From Eledone cirrhosa (Eukaryota): a stretch of 64,000 nt of DNA. Location of the stretch: positions 16,306,001-16,370,000 of the forward strand of contig OZ024743.1 in assembly GCA_964016885.1 (NCBI GenBank), given 5' to 3'. Shown piece by piece: positions 40,284-57,264 of this stretch. The position numbers and the translations under genes are program-made. A model generated the notes under the pieces. The model made no database searches and was not told where the DNA came from. It worked only from the letters and a program-made list of their open reading frames with translations. How positions within the stretch are numbered: the first letter of the stretch is position 1; each line of letters starts with the position of its first letter.

Positions 40284-41417
40284 ACCCCCAGTTCTCCTTC
40301 TTTGTCGTCGTCCTTTTCACTTTCTCGCCCACCCCGAGGCAGCCCTTCGGTCCTTTGTAGCCTCAGTACCCCACCCTATCCCCTATTCAATGATAGAATT
40401 GGCCGACTCCGCTTTTTATAGCAGATGTGATAGACCCCAGATACTTGCTTCCTTATCCTATGGCTACCCCATTTCCGTGCTTTCTAGATTTCTTAGTAGT
40501 ATCCCTGCTTTAGTTTCTAGTATATCAGTATTTATTTTTTTTTGTTGATTCTGAATTAATACTTTTCGTATCAAATTTTTCATATATATCGTACGAGCAT
40601 GTATGTCGTTTGTATTATAATTTTTGTATCGTAGCGGCACCCTTATAGATTGTATTAGTATTCATTTTCGGGATTCTGAATTATTATTTCGTATTAGTTT
40701 CGGGTCTCTGAATTATTATTCCGTAGTAGTTTATTTAGTATTTTGGCCACCTACTTGATGACCTTTCACTGTAAGATATATTTGGATGATTACTACTAAC
40801 TCATAAAATTCTTTCACTACAATCTCGTATTTAGTATTCCGTCCCACCTATTAAACTTTTCTGTGGATTGGCAGTACCAGTGAGAGACTTGATGATTGTG
40901 GTAAGGGAATAGTAACCTGAAATTGTTTTTTTTATATTTTTAACATTCTTATTATTCTTCTATATATTTACTCCATAATGATTTACTTATTGTTTCGACT
41001 TCCTCCCCCTCCCCCTCCCTAGTATACTTTCTCGACCTCTTATCTTTAGGATCCTGCTGTAGTTGGCACTATCAACGCACGACTGGGTTTCTTCCACTCT
41101 CTCTCCCTCTTTCTTCTACTGGCAAGTTCAGCTACCCCTTCCTTCCACAAAATGCCATGATAGAATTATGTGTCTCAGCAACAAACCTTTCACCAATCCT
41201 TGTGAAATCACTTTTAACATATATGGAATTACACCCTGAGAAGCTCGGCTATTCATGTAACAGGATAAACATTTTCATTTAGTCCAGAATTAGCCGTCGA
41301 AACGGCTTGAGCTCAGCCGTCGGGGTCCTACTCGTTCGTATTACCCACTCTACTACCCTAAGTATTGAGTACTTTGGTGCCTTATGGTCCATCTGGTTCC
41401 TTACCACATTTCCTTCG

Positions 41418-41454
<37 letters not shown>

Positions 41455-41455
<1 letters not shown>

Positions 41456-42470
41456 GAAAAATCAGTGATGCATCTAGACTCACTTTATTGCGTGTTACAA
41501 TTGTTTCGCCGGCAGTTAGCTAGGGACATGACCATTGTATGGATCTGCCTGATTCTATAACTGCGAGTTCTTCGGACACATGCAATGCTTTCGGAGCAAA
41601 TTTTCTCACTGGGTTGTTAGCTTCAAAAACAGCTTCAAAAAACACCTCCACTCTTGTCTTGCCATTGGCTGTTGTTTTCCTACGTCATCATAAATTCGGG
41701 TCAATATTTGCTGCCACACTGGTCATCAGCTACTCTCCCTCCGACACACTTCAATGGACTCATGTTGGGTTTGGTATCTCACAAGTCCGCTCACACTCGC
41801 GAATATATACCCACACATACACACACACACATACACATACACATATATACACTCACAGACACATACATATATATGCATACACATATGTACGCACACACGT
41901 GTAGACACACACACCCATCTACATATACACACACACTCCCTCTCTTACACACACCCACACACGCCAACACTCATATACACACGAACACATGTCCACTGGC
42001 GCCTGCCTATATACCCCCATACATCTGGTCTCACACGCACACGCGCACACACGCACACACACACACGTACATGCATACATGGACACATATCAGCGTTCGC
42101 GTACATCTGCATATATACACAAACACGCACAGACATATACATAGACACACACACATACACGCCTGTCCTTATTGATAGGCAACAAGGACAGACACATTTC
42201 CAAAGACACAAACACACATACACACATACATGCAGACACGTATATATATCTACACATATGTATATGTACACGCACATAAACATACAAACAAACCCTTCCC
42301 TATACACACACACACCCACAGAGACATACACACACACACACACTCACTGGCTCATATACATTCCAACAAATACGCGCCCAATTACCTCCGTGTCCACGTA
42401 CATCCACAAAGAAGATACAAGCACGCATGTATATATCTCTGTCCTTACCCCAATGTGATATACTCAGTCA
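41455..42470 (-). mobile_element. PLE pLTR-like repeat (family L) with HHR-like motif at 41492-41579 and a long CA-rich region
   Basis: Minus strand: GUGU CCGAAGA..GCAGUUA...UAACUGC..GAA ACAAUUGU A ACAC, then AATAAA. Homologous to 57265-58080. Confidence 0.7.
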
Positions 42471-42492
42471 TATAAATCTGCACAAATATATA

Positions 42493-42574
<82 letters not shown>

Positions 42575-43525
42575 TAATCAGTGCTAGACATAGGAGTCAC
42601 TGGAGAACTGTGCAATTATAGTTGTGTGCTGTTCATATTTTCGTAAGCAAGCTATAACGAGCAAGGTATTCTACTTCACAAAATAAAGAGGTTAGAGGCA
42701 CATGCATGGAAAGTACATCTGCGCAATGCAATACGAACTAAATGAAATTACTCGAACATATTTGTTTCTCCACAACACGAATATCACTTCACCTCACCCG
42801 ATGCATACAATCGCAGAGTCCAATTTCACTCCTAAATATTCAGACATTGCATGATGGGTGACATTGACGCTAACACTTCCGTTACCCTAAACAAACTCTC
42901 TCTATATCCGTTGCTCCCTCTTTAATCAATAAACTCTTTTTCTCCCAACAACATATAGAAATAGACTATAATGTATTACGTCCTCAAAAATTATCGAACA
43001 CATTTCACCCAGAACCACCGTGTTAATAAAACAGGCATGGCAACCAGCACCGTGTACACCTTTCAGTTTTCCTCATGTAGAGCACATCCACTCGGTTCCT
43101 GTAGAATCAGTCACACCGGAAACATTGTCTTCCTCGTCTCACATCAATATATTTTTGATTTGACACAACGAATGCAGTGGTTTTTCTACAACAATACACT
43201 GTACTCTGGTTGCACACTGTACTCACTTGTAATTCATCGCTATCATGAAATCTTATAATCCATCTCCCAACTCTGTGCTTTGAACAAGAGCCAGAACACT
43301 CTTTGTTGAACATTTCATTTGTGCTGCTTATGTGAAAGCTTCATTATAGTAATTCACCAACTTTACAAAATATTGCAATTCGTTCGTGTTACCTTGGAGT
43401 AATACATTACAATCTCCTAACACTGACAGGCTATCTTTATATAATTTCATAAAGAGCACAACCAGCAGAACCAACAACACTACCACCGCTATCTCCTTGC
43501 CTACCACCATCACTGCCACCACCTC

Positions 43526-43528
<3 letters not shown>

Positions 43529-43586
<58 letters not shown>

Positions 43587-43635
43587 AGCTGCTGCTGCTT
43601 CTACGACTACTGCAGCTGTTGCTACTACTACTATT
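43529..43635. repeat. (TAC)n/(TGC)n trinucleotide microsatellite
   Basis: Seen directly in the sequence. Confidence 0.95.
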
Positions 43636-43922
43636 GATTAATTTATGGACTCTTAAAGTTACCAACAAAATTTAAAACAATATCTATATTATATGAGATC
43701 ATTAATTATTCTATCCAAATGATTGTAAAGCTTCCTTTCAAAGGGCTAAAAGCTCTCAGAGGATTTATATGTAAAGAGAATTATAATTAGATTTTGTGAT
43801 GTCAGACTTTCATCTTACTCTTCTGTGAAGATTTGTAAATACGGGCAAACGGAATAACCTCTACGTGATCGCCCGTTTGAAATATCTGCCAAATTTCCTT
43901 CGAACCTCATTGCATTATTTAC

Positions 43923-44025
43923 ACGAGGTTGACTTTGCCTTTCATCCTTACGGGGTCGATAAAATAAAGTACCAGTAATGCACTGGATATTTGCTGGCCT
44001 TATGCCTAAAGTAGAAACAATTATT
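43923..44025 (+). mobile_element. Partial tRNA-SINE
   Basis: Core and 3' end match the other copies. Confidence 0.8.
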
Positions 44026-44096
44026 TACACAATATAAAGGGCACATCGGATAATACAATACTAGATAGGAAGGATAAATATTAATTTCAGGATTCT

Positions 44097-44151
44097 GATC
44101 GATAAAGACTTTTACCTATAGGTTACCTATAGGTAAAAGTCTTTATCGATC
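44097..44151. repeat. Perfect palindrome, 27-bp arms, 1-nt spacer
   Basis: GATCGATAAAGACTTTTACCTATAGGT-T-ACCTATAGGTAAAAGTCTTTATCGATC. Confidence 0.97.
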
Positions 44152-47100
44152 GAGAAAATAATACCAATAACAAAAATACAACAACAACAAAAAACAGTAA
44201 TGACGTTAACAAGCTTAAAGGTATACAATGTCTGTCACCAAATTCATTAAGATATTTACCTCTAGCATAAACGTATGACCAGAATTTGGAGCAGCAGAAT
44301 TTGGAAGTGTCGATTAAATTGATACCAGTAGCATGCAGAGGATTAGTAATGCTCGTGGACAACTCATTGATTGTATGCCTCTCATATTCATGTGTAGGGG
44401 ATATTTCTGCGAATTGTGACCAGGGAAGATAAAACATCGAATTAATTTAAAACGAATCTCATACGTCACATACATTTCTCAGTTTGTTGTATTTGGCCAG
44501 AAGACGGGGCATAGAATTTGGATGGGAATGTGCCAAATCTAAATGGGTGCTGTACAAATTGTTGTATTGAATGGAGAGACCTGCTTTACTGTTTGGTAGG
44601 ATAACTCCTCCACCTGCCCTGATAAGGATCCCCCAGATCGTCGTAACTTTTGCTCTATTCTTTCTGCACACCACTGCACGACACGAGTACTTTATTGTAT
44701 ATAAAGAAATATTGAAAGGCACAATTATCTTTGGTGGGATTTGAACTGAGAACGCATTTCATGTGACGCATTTCACGATTCTACCAAATTTCCACTCTTT
44801 GGTATACATATAATTACAATGGTCGCTCAAATTGCTAGATAGACCAGCTAAGTATCCGTCTAATAACACATGGCTGTCTTCAAAAACAATGGCGATACAC
44901 ACTGAATAAAGCAATTCATGATGCCCTGAAGAATGGAATGGATTAATTTGAACCATCATCGTACGTCTATTTAATCAGGGTTAACATTGAACTAAAAACT
45001 ATTTACATCCCATTATTGAATTCTTCTTCGTTTGACATTTACCATCTGCAAAATATTTCGCCCCTACCAGATTGAGAAACACAGACAATATACAGTACAA
45101 ATTAGAGGCAACAGAAAAATCTGTCATAAATGTATTTTAATGAAGAACTAGAAAAAATTCAATCGATGTTATTTCCAAGTGACAAAATTATATTATTATC
45201 ATCACTTACCGGTCAGACAGATGTTAACAAATTAATACGGATGTGTCACTAACATCTGTTTGTAATTCCATACACATAACAGATTACCTATATTAATGTT
45301 TGATACGACAACATTATGGTATATGTCATGAACACATCTAAAAAGTAAAAAAACAAAAAGACATTCGTGATTGCTCGTCCAGAGTTATATTTGTGAATAT
45401 CTATTTCTTATATAAATTCTATTTTCTACTCTTTTGCCAACAAAATACTTTTTTTGTATATAAGTATGTCTAAGCACAATTTAGTGGAGCCGTATTCTGT
45501 ATACGTTTAATTAATAGTTACTATGGTAATATTAGTAATTCGTGAAAAAAGTGATAAGCCTAGTGGCATTTCCATGAACAATTGTAACACAAATTCGCTG
45601 TAACAACTAAGTAACTTTTCTTTTATCATATCAAGTGTTAAAGTGATGATGGTCAGACAGCTCAAGTTAGACGACAATTGATGGTACATACATATCTCTA
45701 GTCTGAAATGCGAGAATTTTCAAAAGGTAAACATTAATAAGATTTTTACAATTTAGCTTACATAAAACATTGCAAATCCCAACATCTAGTTCATTGAGAT
45801 ATGGCTTTGATTTCGAATATTGAGAAATGCGATCGTTAGCGTAATAATATATTAAATTGAATGCAGTGCATAGAAAAATATGTCTAACGTTTCAGATATT
45901 TGTCTCTGTTATTCAGAGTAAAAGAAAGAAAATAATGAGATATAGACAGAGATAGAGAATATGTATATTTGTATGTGTTCGTATTTCTACGAACGTTTTT
46001 CCTTTTTTTTTTTGCACGCCTTTTACTTGAAAGAGCTCAGTTATTACAATAATAATTTTGATTTCTTTTTAGAAATACCAACGTTTTCGTTTTGTACATC
46101 AAATGCTTTAAGGAATTCTAACGTTCATGAGTAACGCTTTGTAATTTTACACTATTTTCTATGGTATTGTGGCGCATCTACTCTATATGTTGCTCGAGGA
46201 AATATGGCGTGTTTGCCATCGACTCACATTATTTTGATTTCGTGATCAATTTTGTTTTTATTCCATAAAACACAAACTCCAAAGACATTTTTAATTCGAA
46301 GTTTTGTATATTATTATATTATTTTTTTCAAACATCTCAATAATACCATAATTTTTCCCATTATCACTATTTACTAAAATCATATTACTTTAAATATGTT
46401 TAATGTATTTTACTTTCTGAAAAAAATATTGATTTTTTTTCGCATTATTTGAAACTCAAACATTTTCCACATAATATTAAATCTTCATTTTCATGTTTCT
46501 TCATTTATTTTCATATGAATATTCTATTTTGAACTGAACATAGATCTCATATATTTGAAAACTGCGTAGATTCAGAATTCGTTGTCATAGAAATGCCCAG
46601 TGAATACATAAGTTGCTTAGCAATCATATGATTCCAGTGGTACATCTTACACTCTGGAAACATCTGTAAGTTTTCTTCTACTTTGATGAGAGTTTTAACC
46701 ATGATAGCATAGGGTATATAAGGAGCCACAAATTGTGTTGAAGCTTATAAAAGGGACATTGTCTCTGAATATAGGATAATATGCAAAGATCAAGAACGAT
46801 ATCATTTTCCTTCTCATAAAAAATGTCGCAAACATTAATTGGAAGAAATATAAAATGAGTTACAGAGGTAGCTTTGAATTAACTTCAAGTGCTATCTTAT
46901 ACTTCATTTACATTTAATTGTAAAATACCTGTGATAAAAATAAGATTCATTTCCTATAAATAGCCTCTAATAAAAATAAGAGCAGATGAACAAACATTAA
47001 AATTGTTGGCAAGGTAAATACCAAATATTTCTCTTTCCCCGAAAAGAACATAATCAGTATTTCATGTTAAATTAAAAATGTTCAACCTGGAAAAGTTTAG

Positions 47101-47536
47101 AGCAGATGATTGTTCAATGTAATGGTGACAACTACATTCATGAAATGTTCAATTATACAAAAAAAGAGCTAATTTTCATAATCTTTAAATCGCAATAGAA
47201 AAAGAAAGTCTCAAATATGTTGTACTAAACTTGCTATAAAAAGTGCGAGTTTGAATGGCATTAAATTGAATTTAAAGAAAAGTTGTTTTACGTTTGCAAG
47301 CATTAATGCAATTAGGCCCTGAACAAAATTTTCGCAGTGCAAAAGTAAATAATAAACATCACATATTGCTTAATATTTACGAAAATAATTATTTTAGATA
47401 CACTTAAATCAATTTAAATTAACATTTATGGTCGTTATTGAGTACATGTTTGCAATGGGAAAAAGGTGTTTGTCTTAAATGAACATGTTTGACATACTTT
47501 ATTCTGGGAACATGTAATTTAATTTAAGTGTATATA

Positions 47537-47568
<32 letters not shown>

Positions 47569-48002
47569 ACATATATATATATATCTATATATATCCAGGG
47601 AGTGTAACTTGGAGTTACAGTAGGTTCACCCGTGTGTTCTATGTGTCTTCTCTGTCAGGTATTAAATTGTAACCCATCGTAAAATCCGATCCTGTAAATA
47701 TGATGTCGAACAAATCATCTCAACCACTACCACCACCACCAACTACATCGCCATACGTCCACCACCCCTAAGTCCAGTACCCCGTGTTCCCTATTTCACT
47801 TTTTAACCTGTAATTCATCGTAAAATTCGACCCTGTAAATATCATGTCCCAACCACAACCACCACCACCAGACACATTACCATACTTACACAACCATCAA
47901 CATCACCAACTCAAATCATCCCTCCTTAAACAATGCATGTTTGTGTGTCTGTGTGTAGACATATCTGTACGAACGCCATCTCCACTGGCTCTCACCTTCT
48001 CA

Positions 48003-50381
<2,379 letters not shown>

Positions 50382-50775
50382 TATGGGTATCTATACTACG
50401 TATTTTTCAGACTTAGTGTGTCTCTGTTTGTATCTCCTTAGGGAAATGAAAACAAGAACACAATCATCACACCACCATAAACACAGCTACTTTTCATCTT
50501 TGTCACAAACAACTACACCAGACCCACACCAAATACAAAAATCAGCCACATATACATGCCAAACTGTCTACCGACAGCAAGCAGCCCCTCACCACCATTC
50601 ACTTCAACCTGCGACCGACACCTCCACATGTTCACCCCACCCACCCCAACATACACTACAGGCAAAAACATCCCTATGAACTAATCCATCAATCAAAACA
50701 AACTTTACTGACCTTCACTGGAACTTCTGACGTTAACATACAGCATGTATTCACTCTTCAATTAACACTACAAGG

Positions 50776-50860
50776 GGTCTGACGAGCTGCGGATAACAGA
50801 GTCAGGTCAGATCGATACAGATCGAACCTTGAGCTGGTCAGTGGCGAAAGAGGCGTCACC
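50776..50860 (+). ncRNA. Degenerate type-I hammerhead (family F)
   Basis: GGU CUGACGA GCUGC...GUGGC GAAA GAGGC GUC ACC, with a stem III mismatch. Confidence 0.6.
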
Positions 50861-51202
50861 AAACAAATAACGTAATGAAGGAGTATCCAACCGTCCTCGT
50901 TATCTTATTTATATATATATATATGTCCATAGAATCATTTGATAATATATATACACCATTTCCTCTCCCAATTAGCATAATCAACCGCACAAAAAAAAAC
51001 AATTAAACCAAGCTATAAGATTAAAAGGCACCTATGAAGAAATAGTAGATAAATGAACGACACCAATTTATTCGCGATCAAACACTATAGAATATGTATC
51101 CAACATTTCAATAGCACGTGGACATCGATTAAATATACCGTCAACCATACACAATTAAGTATAAAATTAAAGTTAGAAGTAAAAATGCATATACACATAC
51201 CA

Positions 51203-51247
51203 GTTTCTACCCTTCGGGTTTCGTTCGCTTCGAACTCATCAGGAAAC
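51203..51247 (-). ncRNA. Canonical compact type-I hammerhead (family G)
   Basis: GUUUC CUGAUGA GUUCG AAG CGAAC GAA ACCC GAA GGGU A GAAAC, with all three stems perfect. Confidence 0.92.
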
Positions 51248-51279
51248 AAACTCACTTGGGCAAAGAATTTTCTTAAGTG

Positions 51280-52017
51280 ATCGGCCGGGCGCACCGAAAA
51301 CGATAAACGGAAAAAATGAAACGAAATTAATTTCTCACTCGTAGTACGGCTGTTACTTAAATATAAATATGTATACGTGCATACATATATGTATACAGAC
51401 GTACAGTAGTATGTATATATATACATATATGCACACATATATATAGTTACGTATGGATTTACCGAACATTTATCATAATGCTCGGTGTGTTTGTAAACAA
51501 ACATCCCGAATTAAGCCATACAGTGTTTAGCAACCATTAAGTAACAGTCATACTAAGAGTGAGAAATGAAATTTCGATTCATTTTTTCGGTTTATCGTTT
51601 ACGGTGCGCCCGGCCGATTAACTCACTCGATATGCAAATTAGGCTGCTCAGCCGTTAATATGCATTAGGAAAGTATATACCTTCAGACGTTCAATCATCT
51701 GGCCGGAAGGTATACGGTATTGACGATAGCTAATAAGCTTGAAACTAGTACATCGTTCCTTTGTCAGTGTTTAGCAACGATGGTTGCTCAACACTGTATG
51801 GCATAATTCGGGATGTTTGTTTACAAACACACCGAGCATTATAACAAATGTTCGGTCAATCCATACGTACATATATATATGTGTGTGCATGTATGTATAT
51901 ATATACATACTACTGTACGTCTGTATGCATATATGTATGTACGTATACATACTTATATTTAAGTAACAGCTGTACTAAGAGTGAGAAATGAAATTTCGTA
52001 TCATTTTTTCCGTTTAT
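51280..52017 (+). mobile_element. Retrozyme-like unit: inverted partial copy (51280-51536) plus about 1.1 tandem units (51537-52017)
   Basis: AAGTAACAG..TACTAAGAGTGAGAAATGAAATTTCG at 51539 and 51961. HHR-like UUGACGA UAGCU AAUA AGCUU GAA ACUAGU A at 51715-51755. Confidence 0.7.
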
Positions 52018-52132
52018 GTATATATATATATATAGTATTAGTTATACTATTTATGGTTATGTAAACACAAAACCTTAAGCAGTTGTAAGTATTTTACAGC
52101 ACAATAATGTTTTGAACAGTTCTTTGATTCTT

Positions 52133-52194
<62 letters not shown>

Positions 52195-54564
52195 CACAGA
52201 CACACATATATATGGGTCTTCCAATTTCATTGTACATTGCATACATATCAGTGAATATTTTAATTATTCAAACATTATTTTTAAGTGAACATGATTTAAA
52301 ATAATATATATTTTTATGTGAACGTGACCCAATGTGTCACGGGTTGTCTAGTAACAACTAAAACCTAGGCAAGGAATGACAATTATATTTCAAACTGTCA
52401 CTAATTTTGCTGACAATGATATTGCTTCTTCTGCTTATATTGTTAATGACTTTGATGACAAGTAATTTCTTGCCTAATATGCTATTGTCCCTTGACAAAT
52501 TGTTGATGACATGGTCCTTGATATATATTAAGATGTTGATGGCAAGAATGAAGATGTTGGTTGTGATGATCAAGATGATGATGAAGATGTATGGAATATT
52601 GGATAAACACTTCTACATATAGATTATATTTCACGTGATACATAAGTTGTTTTAAACAAATATTTTTTAATCAGTTTATGCAGGTGCGTTAATGGGGATA
52701 TTATTGCTGAGTTTTGTTTTCTCACATCAAGAGTGACTTTGCTTGATATTGGATTTCTAAAGTTTTCGCAAAGGTTTGAATTATTTGCAAAGTGGTTTAC
52801 TCGTCTGAACTGGACTTTGTACATGATTGGCGTTTATCTATGTATTCTATCTCTCAGCAATGGAATGACCTATAGATCAGTAAATCCAACGAAATTCATG
52901 CTTATATAGCTTCCAAATAAAACTATTTATTTCAAGACATTTAGTTTTGTTGTTAATATTATTCTTTAGCTTATTGCCAGCTCTCTTTGCACAGACCTAT
53001 AATCAAAGCTATTCCGACGGACACAGACCGGTCATTTTCCGAGACGAAATGCATTTAGAATCATCTTATAAATATCGTTCTTTCGGGCACATGCATAAGT
53101 ATGTTGTTAAGAATTTCGATTTCGAATATCAAAGTTCCAGAGTTTATATTATTGTGTGTCACTTTAAGAAAGTGTCTTATACCACATAAATGGTTCGAAA
53201 CAATCCTCATCACTAATATTGTGTCGGTAGAAGCTTATTGTTGTTACTCGGTGGTAAATGTAATCTATTTCCTGGACAGATAGCACCACCTCAGACCAAT
53301 ACATCCTTGCGTGAGTTCATTGAGTAAAGGCCAAATAGTATATAATACATATTATTTTAAATTTCTGTTTTATTATTAGAAAATGAAAAAAAATCATAAT
53401 CTAACTGACGTTAATCTGCAATAACATTTTAATTATCAATTCTACGTTCAAGCACGAGACGACACACTTCCCTACTATTATAGTCCTTCGTTTTTGATTA
53501 TCTATACATTCTTTATTTAAATATTTTCTTTTCTCGTAAACATGATATGATAGAGGTAATGCACTTATTACTGATTAAATGAGCGCAAGTGCTGATACGT
53601 ATTGTATTAACTATAAATATAGAGAGGCAATTAGATAGCACCCACCTGGCCATACGATCTTCTAGATATGGCAAAAAATCTCCCTCAAACAATGCACTAC
53701 TGTTTTAGAAAGGATGGGTGCATTAGTAACTTTTGTTCGTAGGTGCTCAGGGGAATCGCCCTCTCCGTTTTGTACACCAGGGTCACGGTCTGGCCAACGC
53801 ATGGGACCCTATTTGTTCATAATAGTGAGGCATGTGGAGAGCAGGAGAGACGGAGGCAGTGATAGTGTGAGTTTCCTTCTTTTGTGTTCGGACATTGTGT
53901 ATATGTATATGCACGGACTCAGGCTCATGTATGTGACATTTACATCCTTACTCGTATATAATTACCTCCTAGCACTATTGTTTATTTGTTTACACCATTT
54001 GTTATGCATATTTACATTCCAGAAGTTTAGAATTAGCATACTTATATTCAATCACTTAAAATAACAACTATCTATCTTTACTGCAGATATAAATATTCTA
54101 ATTTTTAACTGTTCCCTATAATATATTTATATCCACTGATAATGAGTTTGCCTCAGAGGTCGGTAAACAATATACAACTTTAATATGTGTGGAATAGTGA
54201 AATCATTAATAGGTCAGCGAGAATGTTTTCGATTCTACTGGAACTTTATGTGCTGAGTTCAAAATCCATCGTGTCACAATTGGTTTGAAGACCTAATGCT
54301 TTACACTATTTCTAACTACGAAATGGCCACTGGGTATTTTAGCAGAGTCATTCCTGTTGATAACATTTAATACAGGTTTGAGAATAGCGTCCTCTCTGCC
54401 ATACAGACAATGGAAGAGAAAGCACTGTATATTGTTATGTTTGATTTCATTCTTGTGACTAAGCAATAAAAATGTTGTAAGTGAATTTGCTTTTCTGAAA
54501 TATCAAGCTGATATAATCCCCTCTGGATTAATGGTATATATTGAATATTATCACTGGATGAACA

Positions 54565-54730
54565 AGTGGATTGGCAGTGTTGGTAGATCGTCGGCAAGCT
54601 TGATTAGAGCATAGAGTAACGTTCTTTTAGGTTCTGAGTTCGAATCTCACGTTTCATCCTTATCGGATCGATAAAATAAAGTACCACTAATGCACTGAGT
54701 TCGATTTAATCAACGTTCCTCTTCCCGAAA
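54565..54730 (+). mobile_element. Diverged tRNA-SINE
   Basis: GTGGATTGGCAGTGTTGG, GAGTTCGAATCTC, TTTCATCCTTATCGGATCGATAAAATAAAGTACC. Confidence 0.75.
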
Positions 54731-55998
54731 TCAGAAACCATTATTTTGAATCAGAAACCATATAAACTATATTTTTAGACTTGGTTTCTTTAGACACTGG
54801 TCCTGGAGTAAAATACGTGGACTAGGACACGCAGCCAATAGATAAAGGAACATGCGGTTGTTTTCGGCTCACCACACTAACTTTTTAAGAGTTTAAATTG
54901 TTTCATTATTCATCACAACGTTTGCAAAACTCTATGGCAGGAAACTTCAAAATAGTCATATCTTTTTTATCCTTAAATAACGAAGGTAGTTTAAAATCGT
55001 GTCTGATCTGTAAATCAGAATGCTCTAAACATATCGTTTTGTGAAAATAGTCAATGCAGTAATATTCTTATGTTTAAGACGAACTAAAAAGCATACAGAT
55101 GTAACTTATGCGGCTATCGCCATGACTATTGAATATTCTTTTCTGGCACAGCTTATCTAGGAATATAATGTTATATGCTCTCGTTTATTTGGGTTGACAG
55201 GCTGCGATTCGATGGACATGTCCTCCTACATCTAGTATGTTGAGCAACCATTCAAACGTTCATTATGAGACGGTGATTCTAGCTTTCAGCCACACCCTGA
55301 TACTGAATCACTTTTCGTAACATCTAAACATAAATCGTTTTGAACATTATTCAAAATCAAAAAAGAAGAAAAATAAGAAATCTGACTTTTCAAGAGCAAC
55401 ATCATTGGTCATTTCACTTTAAAGATTTTATGTCAGAGAATAACATTTTCCGTTTTCAGAAAATAAAAAGAAGCCATAAAACGAAAAGAACCCCAAATTC
55501 TAAAAATAAACTTAAAAAAGGATGAAAAAAAATTTCAAAAAAATATAAGAAAATAGATAATATTTGTTATTTCAAATATTTCTTTATATATTGCACCTCT
55601 ACCACAACGTCTTTTCGACTTTATTTGTCATTTTCTCTTCGTTTCTGTGATAGTAAAAAATACAAAACGACATAAATTACTTGAACAAACTGGTTTCTAT
55701 CGACCGACCATATCCGTTGGTTCAATGAAACTCAAACAAAAAGTATGTCTAATCTAATATATTCTATATTATTGCGTTATTCTTTACAAGCATCTTAATC
55801 ATGCAATGATTTTTTTCCATTACCAACATTTGCAAAAAATATTACTTTACTTCAGTTTCGTATATTTCAGCTTGTCAATGATATTGATTTGTCTCACGTT
55901 ATTTCAAAGATAACGTCAATGGATGAATCTATTCTTCAGCCTCGGAACAAACAGAACACTCACACATCAATGTACATTATACGTACATCCAACCCTCA

Positions 55999-56063
<65 letters not shown>

Positions 56064-56101
56064 GCTCTCTCTCTCTTTATCTCTCTCCCCCTCTCTCTGT
56101 A

Positions 56102-56170
<69 letters not shown>

Positions 56171-56208
56171 ATGTATATATACAGTATATATATATATATA
56201 TATATACA

Positions 56209-56381
<173 letters not shown>

Positions 56382-56541
56382 TATGTATATATACATATAT
56401 ATATATACTATATATGTATATATATATATATATATATATTTCGTTTCTGAATTTGTTTAGCAAGATTCTTTATATAATAAATTGAAGTGAAAGCAACTGG
56501 TGCGTGTGTTTCTTATTGGCAACATGACCCTCCCAAAGTAT

Positions 56542-56687
<146 letters not shown>

Positions 56688-56724
56688 TTACATATATATA
56701 TATATATTTATATATATATATATT

Positions 56725-56797
<73 letters not shown>

Positions 56798-56848
56798 TTG
56801 CGAGGTTTTTTATATGAAATCGTGTGTCGAAACAGATATTGTTATATT

Positions 56849-56895
56849 TGGGGAGGGTCATATTTGCGTAATATTACGCAAATATGACCCTCCCC

Positions 56896-56896
<1 letters not shown>
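56849..56896. repeat. Perfect 48-bp palindrome within a small dispersed repeat
   Basis: TGGGGAGGGTCATATTTGCGTAAT|ATTACGCAAATATGACCCTCCCCA. The family also occurs at about 7570-7720, 15235-15370 and 56520-56548. Confidence 0.9.
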
Positions 56897-56928
<32 letters not shown>

Positions 56929-56973
56929 TATACATGAAGGCGGCCGACCGGGCTAGAAGCTGTTAAATTTCGA

Positions 56974-57031
56974 ATACCTGATGATGTCACCGGATTCATA
57001 CTGAACCTGGTCACTGAAATGATCATAGTAT
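56974..57031 (+). ncRNA. Type-I hammerhead (family H)
   Basis: AUAC CUGAUGA U..ACCGG..UUCA UAC UGAA..CUGGU..U GAA AUGAUCAU A GUAU, then AATAAA. Lies in a ~140-bp island between (TA)n tracts. Confidence 0.82.
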
Positions 57032-57080
57032 AATAAACCTTTTAAGGAATTAATCTGGCCTCCTGTTATTTTATAATATA

Positions 57081-57156
<76 letters not shown>

Positions 57157-57264
57157 AGTGTGTGTGTGTGTGTGTGTGTGTCTGGTGGTAGCTAAGATGC
57201 ATCCATAGGCGGCATGCCGGTTGAGCACCCTATGTTCTTACAGAGCAGAGTATGATGTAATATA

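Larger units (their letters stand above)
36922..41420. mobile_element. Rearranged Penelope-like element (Naiad-like, family A) with ~1-kb inverted terminal arms
   Basis: 36922-37955 is inverted relative to 40283-41330. HHR motifs at 36927-37021 (-) and 41231-41326 (+). Coding remnants lie on both strands and the 3' tail abuts (TA)n. Confidence 0.9.

Noticed and set aside
52370-52600. Met/Leu-rich ORF resembling a signal peptide
   Set aside because: Consistent with a decayed (GAT)n-like repeat.
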